This document shows positions 1 to 7,386 of a stretch of DNA of 32,000 nt, piece by piece (within the stretch, counting starts at the first letter, position 1; every line of letters starts with the position of its first letter). This stretch comes from Pseudodesulfovibrio mercurii (GTDB lineage Bacteria > Desulfobacterota > Desulfovibrionia > Desulfovibrionales > Desulfovibrionaceae): the NCBI RefSeq assembly GCF_000189295.2, contig NC_016803.1, forward strand, positions 3,270,001-3,302,000, written 5' to 3'. Made by a program: the position numbers and the translations under genes. The notes beneath the pieces are model-generated. The model saw only the letters and a list, made by a program, of their open reading frames with translations. It ran no database searches and was not told the origin of the DNA.

Positions 1-535
1 CCAGGGTGGACTTGCCCGCGCCCGAGAATCCGGCCAGGGAGATGCCGCGTTCGCCCGAACGCACCCCGGCGGCGTGGCCCAGGAACCCGCCCCTGTTGAG
101 CTTCCACTCGATGAACCGGTTGTTGACGAAATTGATGACCTGGTTGGGGTTGTCCAGGCACGGCCCCACGGCCACGTTCTCGCCCCGGCCGAAGAGGAAG
201 TGCATGCCGGTCAGCCGCTTGCGGACCACGCGGCCGTCGGGCAGGTCGATCCACTCCTCCTTGATCCTGGTCTTGCCGGGATCGGGCTCCTTGACGTTGA
301 AGGCGAGGTCCGTGTCCACGGCCGGGACCTCGTGGGCCGAGAGGGTGATCTCCGGCTCGCCGTCCCCGGTCAGGAACTCCTTGAAATAGTCGGCCAGGAC
401 GTCGTGCAGGGCGTCCGTGGAGCTGTCCACCCGGATGCGGCAGCCGCCGAGGTCCAGGTGGAGGGTGTGCCCGGCCGGGCAGGCCGTCTTCACGGCCTCG
501 GCCAGTTCCCTGCGGGTGGTGCCGGTCAGCTTCAT
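1..535 (-). CDS. HprK-related P-loop kinase (GAK-system 'kinase B'-like), partial; C-terminus lies beyond the left edge
   Basis: Absent from the ORF track because there is no stop in the window. Manual minus-strand translation from ATG 535-533 gives MKLTGTTRRELAEAVKTACPAGHTLHLDLGGCRIRVDSS...NRGGFLGHAAGVRSGERGISLAGFSGAGKSTL. There is an HprK-style P-loop GFSGAGKST at the window edge. The ATG overlaps the stop of the upstream ATP-grasp gene (ATGA at 532-535). Confidence 0.6.
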   Translation of the reverse strand, partial: MKLTGTTRRELAEAVKTACPAGHTLHLDLGGCRIRVDSSTDALHDVLADYFKEFLTGDGEPEITLSAHEVPAVDTDLAFNVKEPDPGKTRIKEEWIDLPDGRVVRKRLTGMHFLFGRGENVAVGPCLDNPNQVINFVNNRFIEWKLNRGGFLGHAAGVRSGERGISLAGFSGAGKSTL

Positions 536-1404
536 TTGAGTTTCTCCATGACGTAGTCCACGTAGCGCGCGGCGGCGTCGATGCCGCTGGTCTCCTGGAT
601 GCCCCGGAAGCCCCCGAACACGGAGACCTCGAAGACGTAGGGGCCGTCGTCGGTGATGGCCACGTCCACGCAGGTGAAGTCGAGGTTGAAGTCGGCCTGG
701 GCCTTGCGGGCCAGCTCGATGATCTCGGGCGCGGGCTCGTAGGGCCGGTATTTGCCGCCCGAGGCCGTGGTCGTGTTCCAGGCCCCGTTGGTCTTGCACC
801 GGGCGTAGGTGGTCAGGTACTCGCCGCCCAGGAAGGCGATGCCCAGGTCCAGATCGCCCAGCTCGATGGTCTTCTGGATGTACAGGATCGGGTTCTCGGC
901 CTTGTACTCCTCGATGGCCGCCCGGGCGTCCGGGCCGTTCCTCAGCACGAACATGCCGCGCGCCTTGGAGGTGTACAGCGGCTTGAACACGGCCTCGCCG
1001 TATTGCTCCAGCGCCGTCAGGGCCTGGTCCACGGACTCCGTGACGGTCGTGGGCGGCATGGGGATGTCCTTGAGTTGCAGCGAGATGGTGCAGGACAGCC
1101 GGTCCAGGGCGCGCAGGATGGCGTAGGGCGCGCTGAATATCCTGAGCCCCCGCTCGTGCAGGTAGCGCAGGACCTCCAGCCGGTCCAGGAGGTCCGGGGA
1201 ATAGCGCGCGCCGATCTTCTTGATGATCAGGGCGTCGAAATCGTTCAGGGTGTGCCCGTCGTAGAAGGCCCGGCCCGAGGGTAGGTCCAGGCGCACGTCC
1301 TCCATGTCGATGAGCACGCGCTCCCCGCCGGTCTTCTCGGCCACGGTGTCCGCCAGTTTTTCGGAGGACCAGCCGCCCTCGATGCCAATGACTCCTATCT
1401 TCAC
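532..1404 (-). CDS. ATP-grasp enzyme (RimK-like; GAK-system ATP-grasp-like)
   Basis: 290 aa with RimK-like ATP-grasp architecture (EAVFKPLYTSKARGMFVL, ILYIQKTIE, FTCVDVAITDDGPYVFEVSVFGGFRG). GTG start at 1404 is preceded by AAGGAG. Confidence 0.85.
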   Translation of the reverse strand: MKIGVIGIEGGWSSEKLADTVAEKTGGERVLIDMEDVRLDLPSGRAFYDGHTLNDFDALIIKKIGARYSPDLLDRLEVLRYLHERGLRIFSAPYAILRALDRLSCTISLQLKDIPMPPTTVTESVDQALTALEQYGEAVFKPLYTSKARGMFVLRNGPDARAAIEEYKAENPILYIQKTIELGDLDLGIAFLGGEYLTTYARCKTNGAWNTTTASGGKYRPYEPAPEIIELARKAQADFNLDFTCVDVAITDDGPYVFEVSVFGGFRGIQETSGIDAAARYVDYVMEKLK

Positions 1405-1423
1405 GAAACGGCTCCTTGCTTGC

Positions 1424-3076
1424 CTAGTAGTAGAGGACGTCCTCGGGCAGGGAGAAAAGCTCCCAGTCCCCGCCCCGGTATTGATGAATCTTTTCCAGCA
1501 GGAACATGGACCGGTTGTACATCTCCTTGGCGAACTTGAAGTTCAGCTCGAACCGGGTGGAGGTGTAGAAGCTGCGCGCCAGGGCGAAGGCCAGCCGGGC
1601 CTGGACCGTGGGGTCCTCGTGCCGCTGGGCGAACTCCAGGATGAACCCGTAGAACTGCCGGATGACCGAGTTGATGCGTTTGCGGTGGTCCGAATCGAAC
1701 AGGGGCACGCGGAAGTTGGAGACCAGGAAGACCGAGGCGTCCTGGACGTAGTCGAAGTCCCGCGAGCGGTACAGGTCGATGTAGTGGATCTGCTGGGCCT
1801 CGTGGTTGTAGACCACGTTGTTGATGTTGAAGTCGCCGTGGATGAAGACCGAGAAGGGGGCTTCCAGCTCGTCCTCGATGTCCGCGCAGGCCGACAGCAG
1901 GGCCTCGGTGGACCGGACCTCCGACGGCCCCAGGCTCTTGGGGTCGCGCCAGAACTCGGGGTGGGTCTGGAGCACGCCTTCCAGGCGGGACTGGATCTGC
2001 CGGATGTAGTTGGTCTTGACCGGCAGCCGGACCATGGTGGTGGACCAGGTCTCGAGCACGGTGTTCTCCAGGATGAACAGGGCGTTGCGGACCAGCTCGT
2101 CGTCCCCGGACAGGATCACCTCGTCCAGGGTGCAGCCGTTCAGGAACTCCACCAGCATGGACCCCTTGTCCGCGTCCTCGTGGAAGCCGTAGATGTCGGC
2201 CACCAGGTGCGGGAAGAGCTGCTTCCAGCGCTGGATGGACTCCCGCTCCTTGCGGATCTTCTCCAGGTTTCCTTCCTTGTAGATGGACCCCTGCTTCTTC
2301 TCCTCGGCGGTCAGCTCGGCCTCGCGCGGCTCGACCTTGCCGATGCGGCAGCCCGAGCGCGTGCCCCAGATGGCGCTGAAGTCTATGTCCGAGAAGGAGT
2401 CGCTGAACCCGGACTTGGTCAGGGTCTGCTGCAACGCCTCGAACTGCTCGATCTTGATGCGCTCGCCGAGCAGGGAGAAGATGACCGCCTCGCCGATGTT
2501 CAGCAGGGCGTCGCCCACCCGTTCGAAATAGCGGAAGATGAACAGCACCGTGACCAGGGATTGCGCGTCGCGGCCCATGCCCATCTCGTTCATGACCCGG
2601 TCGAAGCGGACCTTGTACACGTCGTCGAGCATGGGCTCGGCCTTGCAGATGTACAGGGCCTTGGACATGTCCTCGTCGTGGTAGGCGTCGAGGATGGCCT
2701 CCAGCCGGGAGAGCATGATCTCGAAGACCTCGGTGTAGTCGTAGCGCTGCACGAAGGACTGGTCGTCGAGGTACTGCATCTGCTTGACGATGTTGACGAA
2801 ATAGTCGGCGATCTTTTCGAGGTTCACGCAGATGACCTGGATGGCCCTGATCTTGTTCAGGGCCCGCTTGTCCAGGGACCGATCCGCGTGGATGCGCGAG
2901 TAGCACTTGTTCTCGATGATCGTCTTGAGGTTGTCGATGTAGTCGTCGCGCGAGGTGATCTTGGCGTACCGCTTGCGGGAAGGGGCATCCATGAACCTCT
3001 GCGTGGACCGGGCCTGGTTCTCCACCTCGTAGACGATGAACTTGAAGTTCTCGTCCAGTCCTTCGAAGGTCATCAT
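1424..3076 (-). CDS. Fusion protein: two PhoU-like repeats (N-terminal ~215 aa) plus an aminoglycoside-phosphotransferase/choline-kinase-fold kinase
   Basis: 550 aa. PhoU-type signatures LEKIADYFVNIVKQ and FERVGDALLNIGEAV. APH-fold catalytic loop FIHGDFNINNVVY followed by IHYIDLYRS. The start overlaps the stop of the upstream small gene (TGATG at 3074-3078). Confidence 0.8.
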   Translation of the reverse strand: MMTFEGLDENFKFIVYEVENQARSTQRFMDAPSRKRYAKITSRDDYIDNLKTIIENKCYSRIHADRSLDKRALNKIRAIQVICVNLEKIADYFVNIVKQMQYLDDQSFVQRYDYTEVFEIMLSRLEAILDAYHDEDMSKALYICKAEPMLDDVYKVRFDRVMNEMGMGRDAQSLVTVLFIFRYFERVGDALLNIGEAVIFSLLGERIKIEQFEALQQTLTKSGFSDSFSDIDFSAIWGTRSGCRIGKVEPREAELTAEEKKQGSIYKEGNLEKIRKERESIQRWKQLFPHLVADIYGFHEDADKGSMLVEFLNGCTLDEVILSGDDELVRNALFILENTVLETWSTTMVRLPVKTNYIRQIQSRLEGVLQTHPEFWRDPKSLGPSEVRSTEALLSACADIEDELEAPFSVFIHGDFNINNVVYNHEAQQIHYIDLYRSRDFDYVQDASVFLVSNFRVPLFDSDHRKRINSVIRQFYGFILEFAQRHEDPTVQARLAFALARSFYTSTRFELNFKFAKEMYNRSMFLLEKIHQYRGGDWELFSLPEDVLYY

Positions 3077-3342
3077 CAGCGGACCTTGAGGAAGGCGTCT
3101 TCCGACGCCTGGATGGAGGGCGCGTCCTTCCAGGACACCTTGATGGAGATCTTGTTCTCGGTTCCCTTTTTCCTGGCCTTGACCGTGAAGTTGAGCAGTC
3201 CCTGGGGTTCGAGGTGAATCTCGTTGCCGTTGGTGGAGAGGTCGATGGAGTGCTTCTCGAACCCCTCGATCAGGGATTCCAGGAACTCCTTGATGGACCC
3301 GCAGTCCTGGAGCGAATCGAATACGAATTTTTCTTCTGCCAT
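3076..3342 (-). CDS. Small amphi-Trp-domain-like protein (88 aa)
   Basis: MAEEKFVFDSLQDCGSIKEFLESLIEGFEKH...NKISIKVSWKDAP. It shares an N-terminal pattern with the 4544-5068 protein (D.G.i..F...L....E ... ISxKxxxK). Translationally coupled to the kinase gene. Confidence 0.6.
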   Translation of the reverse strand: MAEEKFVFDSLQDCGSIKEFLESLIEGFEKHSIDLSTNGNEIHLEPQGLLNFTVKARKKGTENKISIKVSWKDAPSIQASEDAFLKVR

Positions 3343-3358
3343 GGGTGTCCTTGCCTGC

Positions 3359-4519
3359 CTATCCCGCCAGGCGGGCCTTGTACTCCTGAATGACCGTGCG
3401 TCGGGAGATGTTGTTGACGATGAGCCGCTTGCGCACGCCCAGGTCGTCCCAGGCGGGCTGGTAGCCGATCTCGCGGGCCGACTTCTCCGGGTCCTGCTGG
3501 TCCGCGGGCTTGGTCTTCTCGCCCATGTGGCAGTCGTCGCCCATGAAGATGAGCTTGTCCCTGCCGGAGGTGCGCCGCTCGTTCTGCTCGTTGACCACGG
3601 AGATCAGAAACTCCGTGTATTCCCTGGACTGGGGGTTCCAGACCTCGATGCCGTCCACGTCGTAGTTGCGCAGCAGGATGGGCCAGAACTGTTCCGGGTG
3701 GGGGATGACCACGCAGCCGCCCAGGGACCGGACCTCCTCGATGACCTCGCTGGCCCGGTAGAAGAACGACAGGTCGAACCCCTCCTTGACCAACTGCTTG
3801 ACCGCCTTGAGGTAGGCCTGGACGCGGTCCGTCACGTTGTCGCCGAGATCGGAACGCATGGCGTTGAACCAGTCGCGCAACAGCTTGTTCTTGACCGACA
3901 GGCGCGGCACGTCGGCCCAGTGTTCGTCCAGCAGTCGTTCGACCTTGGCCACGTTGACGCGGACGAACTCGATCAGCTCGCGGTCCGCGCCCGTGGCCCT
4001 GGCCGCGCGGGCCACGCGCGCCTCGTCGGGCCTGGTGATGGTGTGCATGAACTCGAACAGCTGGCCCGAGCGGTACTTGAAGGTGTGGGCCAGCATGGAC
4101 TTGAGCACGCCCGCGTCCTCCACCCGCTCGTCGGCGAAGTGCAGCAGGAGCTGGACCTTGCGGTTGAAGCCGGAGGAGAAGCAGTCCACCTCAACCCCGG
4201 AATAGCCGTCCCAGCTCATGAGCTGGTTGTGCTGGGTGGGGATGAGCAGTTCGTCCGTGCGGTTGGGGAACATGGCCTCCACCCTGGCGCGGATGTGCTC
4301 GAAGGGCACGAATTCCGGGTGCCAGTGCGCGGCCAGGACGACCTCCTGCCGGGCGTGCACCGTGGAGGGGGTGACCACCTGCTCCACCTGCCACGGTTCG
4401 AGGTCCGTGGAGACCACGGCGAAGAACCGTTCGACGTCGGCCTCGGAGATTTCCTCGTCGGTCTCAAACGGCAGGGTCCGGCAGTCGCGGTCCTTGGGGT
4501 CGGTCTGGATCAGTTTCAT
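3359..4519 (-). CDS. Hypothetical protein, tentatively a PHP-like metal-dependent phosphoesterase with a large insertion
   Basis: 386 aa. Motifs resemble the PHP fold: LAAHWHPEF (HxH), GGCVVIPHPEQF...DVDGIEVWNPQS, FMGDDCHMGE (D.H). No confident family call is possible without an HMM search. Confidence 0.5.
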   Translation of the reverse strand: MKLIQTDPKDRDCRTLPFETDEEISEADVERFFAVVSTDLEPWQVEQVVTPSTVHARQEVVLAAHWHPEFVPFEHIRARVEAMFPNRTDELLIPTQHNQLMSWDGYSGVEVDCFSSGFNRKVQLLLHFADERVEDAGVLKSMLAHTFKYRSGQLFEFMHTITRPDEARVARAARATGADRELIEFVRVNVAKVERLLDEHWADVPRLSVKNKLLRDWFNAMRSDLGDNVTDRVQAYLKAVKQLVKEGFDLSFFYRASEVIEEVRSLGGCVVIPHPEQFWPILLRNYDVDGIEVWNPQSREYTEFLISVVNEQNERRTSGRDKLIFMGDDCHMGEKTKPADQQDPEKSAREIGYQPAWDDLGVRKRLIVNNISRRTVIQEYKARLAG

Positions 4520-4543
4520 GGGCGTTGTCCGGGGTCGGGTGTT

Positions 4544-5068
4544 TCAATCGTACTTGGCGTGGCAGCGGCTCTTCTCGTGGACCAGTCCGTCCACGGCCGC
4601 GTGCATCCGCTCCAGGTCGCCGGACTCGTAGGCGGCCTTGAACTCCGCGCAGACCTGCGTGAAGCTCTCGTAATATTCGTCCCCGTAGCCGGGGTAGCCG
4701 ACCATCAGGGCCGCGTCGGCCAGGAAGGCGTCCACCGCCTCCCTGGGCGGTTCGACGCCGTCGTGGACCATCTTGACCAGAATCTTGAAGCTGCCGCGCA
4801 TGCGCTTCTTGAGGTCCTTGTACTTGGGCCTGGCGGGCTCGCCGTCCGCGCCGACGGCCTCCGGGGCGCACGGCTTGGCCGCCTTGAATTTGGCCTTGAG
4901 GCTGATCTGGCCGAACTCGTTCTTCACGCCGATCTTGATCTTGCGGAAGTCGTCCACGCAGGCGAATTCGTCGTGCCCGCCGTTCTCCACGGCGTCGGCC
5001 AGGGCGCGGAAAAAGGCGGCCAGTTCCCCGGCGTCGAGATATTTGCTGATGGTCATGTCGTCGCTCAT
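4544..5068 (-). CDS. Amphi-Trp-like N-terminal domain protein with a C-terminal 'XXXCH'-type motif
   Basis: Start chosen at ATG 5068 (MSDDMTISKYLDAGELAAFF...), preceded by AGGGAGA. The track ORF extends to 5104. C-terminus reads ...GLVHEKSRCHAKYD. The N-terminal ~60 aa are paralogous to the 3076-3342 protein. Confidence 0.6.
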   Translation of the reverse strand: MSDDMTISKYLDAGELAAFFRALADAVENGGHDEFACVDDFRKIKIGVKNEFGQISLKAKFKAAKPCAPEAVGADGEPARPKYKDLKKRMRGSFKILVKMVHDGVEPPREAVDAFLADAALMVGYPGYGDEYYESFTQVCAEFKAAYESGDLERMHAAVDGLVHEKSRCHAKYD

Positions 5069-5262
5069 GCAGGTCTCCCTATGAAAAATGATTGTGACGA
5101 CCATACCGGGAAAAAACGCTCCAAGACAATGCGCGGCGTGGAATTGTCACAATTGTTCACACAGCCCCGCGTTATCCGGTCCGCGCCCGCGCGGGGCGGC
5201 GGTCAATCATTTCCATTTCCCCGGAATGCTGCTATTCAGGCCACAATAGCCGGAGGTTACCC

Positions 5263-6990
5263 ATGCTGCGCCATCTCGCCCGTTTCGTCCTTGCCGCCGT
5301 CATCCTTGCCTATCCCGTTGCGGCCCGCGCCTTCGACGTGACCCTGCTGCACGTCAACGACTCCCACTCCTATCTGGACGCCACGGCCGACAAGATCGCC
5401 CCCAGGGGCGTGGCCACCTACGTGCGCATGGGCGGCTGGGCGCGCCTTGAGCGGGCGGTCGAGGACGCCCGCGCCGAAAAGGACAACGTCATCCTGCTGC
5501 ATGCGGGCGACGCGGTACAGGGCGGCCTCTATTTCATGAAGTACGGCGGCAGGCCCGAGATGGAACTGCTGGACCGGCTCGGCTTCGACGCCTTCGAGCT
5601 GGGCAACCACGAGTTCGACCGGGGCGCGCCCTTCCTGGCCGGGTTCCTCAAGTACACGCGGGTCCCGGTGCTCTGCGCCAACCTGCACGCCCCGGACGAG
5701 CCGGTCCTGGCCTCGCGGGTCAGGCCCTACGTCATCCTTGAGCGGGGCGGCCAGCGGATCGGCGTCATCGGCCTGCTCACCCCGGAGACCAAGGTCATCT
5801 CCAGCCCCGGCCATGTGGACTTCACCGACGAGACCCACGCGGCCACCCTGCTGGTGCGCGAACTTCAGGCGCGCGGCGTGAACAAGATCGTGCTTCTGAC
5901 CCACGTGGGCTTCGAGGAGGACAAGCGCCTGGCCGCGACCATCCCCGGCGTGGACGTCATCGTGGGCGGCCACTCCCACACCCTGCTCGGCAGCCCCGAC
6001 GGCGTGGGCGCGCTGGGCCTGCGCCCCGAGGCCGCCTATCCCACGGTGATCAAGGGCGCGGACGGCGACGACGTGTACGTGGTCACCGCCTGGAAATGGG
6101 GCCGCGTGCTCGGCCGCCTGGACCTGACCTTCGACGACCAGGGGCGCGTCACCCGCGCCGAACCCCGGCCCACCCTGATCCTGGCCGACACCTTCAAGCG
6201 CCGTAACGACGCCGGGCAGAAGATCGAACTCAAGGGACCAGAGCGCGAAGACCTGCTCGCCCTCATCAAAGCCGATCCCGAGGCCGCCGTGGTGGAGGCC
6301 GACCCGGCCGTCCGGACCTTCCTCGGTCCGTTCAGCCAGGGCGTGGAGGCCATGGGCACCGAGGTCATCGGCGAGGCAGTCCTGCCCCTGCCGCACATCC
6401 GCGTGCCCGGCACCACCGACACGGGCGAGTCCCTGCCGCGCGGCAGCCTCATCGCCCCCCTGGTCTGCCGGTCCATGCTCGCCCAGCTTCAGGATACCGG
6501 CGAACCCGCCGACCTGGCCCTGCTCAACGCGGGCGGGGTGCGCGAGTCCGTGGAGCAGGGGCCGGTGACCATGAGCACCGCCTACACCCTGCTGCCGTTC
6601 AACAACAGCCTGGTGCTCCTCGAACTGACCGGCGAACAGATCCGCCAGGCCCTGGAAACCGGCGTGGACCGGGGCGGGGGCGCCTTCCCCTACGTGGGCG
6701 ACGCCCGCTTCACCGCCGACATGCGCCGACCCGCCGGGAGCCGCGTCCTGGCCATCGACACCCTGGACCACGACGGCAACTGGACCCCGCTCAACCCGGC
6801 CCGCGTCTACCGCGTGGTCACCAACGCCTACCTCGCCTCGGGCGGCGACGGCTACGAGGTCCTCAAGGCGGCCAAGTCCAGCTACGACACCGGCTTCGTC
6901 GACGCCCAGGCCTTCATCCGCTACGTCCGGCAACAACGCATGCTCAAACCCCTGCCCACCACGGGCGTGACCTACATCCCCGCGAAGTAG
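5263..6990 (+). CDS. Secreted bifunctional metallophosphatase/5'-nucleotidase (UshA family)
   Basis: 575 aa. Signal peptide MLRHLARFVLAAVILAYPVAARA. Calcineurin-like motifs LLHVNDSHSYLD, HAGDAVQG, GNHEFD, THVG, GGHSH. C-terminal 5'-nucleotidase domain. GGAGG RBS. Confidence 0.9.
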   Translation: MLRHLARFVLAAVILAYPVAARAFDVTLLHVNDSHSYLDATADKIAPRGVATYVRMGGWARLERAVEDARAEKDNVILLHAGDAVQGGLYFMKYGGRPEMELLDRLGFDAFELGNHEFDRGAPFLAGFLKYTRVPVLCANLHAPDEPVLASRVRPYVILERGGQRIGVIGLLTPETKVISSPGHVDFTDETHAATLLVRELQARGVNKIVLLTHVGFEEDKRLAATIPGVDVIVGGHSHTLLGSPDGVGALGLRPEAAYPTVIKGADGDDVYVVTAWKWGRVLGRLDLTFDDQGRVTRAEPRPTLILADTFKRRNDAGQKIELKGPEREDLLALIKADPEAAVVEADPAVRTFLGPFSQGVEAMGTEVIGEAVLPLPHIRVPGTTDTGESLPRGSLIAPLVCRSMLAQLQDTGEPADLALLNAGGVRESVEQGPVTMSTAYTLLPFNNSLVLLELTGEQIRQALETGVDRGGGAFPYVGDARFTADMRRPAGSRVLAIDTLDHDGNWTPLNPARVYRVVTNAYLASGGDGYEVLKAAKSSYDTGFVDAQAFIRYVRQQRMLKPLPTTGVTYIPAK

Positions 6991-6999
6991 GCGGAGGAT

Positions 7000-7088
7000 G
7001 CCTCCGGCGGCCCTACCGGGGGTCGCCTTCGGCGGGACCAGAGAACCCTTTGGAAAGGGTTCTCTGGACTCTCCCAAACTTTTTGTGC
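7000..7088. repeat. REP-like palindromic element, copy A (orientation opposite to copies B and C)
   Basis: Ends are gcctccggcggcc (7000-7012) and aaactttttgtgc (7076-7088). Central hairpin ccagagaacccttt/aaagggttctctgg at 7038-7067. Confidence 0.7.
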
Positions 7089-7268
7089 GCCTTCGGCAGG
7101 GACGTGCGGGAGCGGGGTGGCGGAGGGTTGGGGTCGTGTCGGGGTGGAGAGGGTGCGTCGGTTTGTGCGGAGGGCTTGGCGGGGCGCGGGTCAAGCCGAA
7201 GCATCAGGGCGGCGTGCCCGAACTTGTAAAAAAATGAAATCCACCGGTCCCGCACCATCCGCAAAGCG

Positions 7269-7374
7269 GCACAAAAAGTTTAGGAAGGAAGAGGGGATGG
7301 GGGTTCGGGGGAAGGGGAGAAGGGAAGCCCTTTTCAAAGGGTTCCCTTCTCCTCTTCCCCCGGCCGCCGGAGGC
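7269..7374. repeat. REP-like palindromic element, copy B
   Basis: Ends are gcacaaaaagttt (7269-7281) and ggccgccggaggc (7362-7374), exact reverse complements of the copy A ends. Central hairpin at 7316-7352 around the core cccttttcaaaggg. Confidence 0.7.
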
Positions 7375-7386
7375 GCCGTCTTACTG

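Noticed and set aside
6998-7386. The composite palindrome was considered as an IS or transposon, and ORFs 7013-7264- and 6998-7237+ as genes.
   Set aside because: There is no transposase-like ORF. The ORFs run through the repeat arms and translate to Pro/Gly/Arg-rich pseudo-peptides. It is better described as a non-autonomous REP/MITE-like element.
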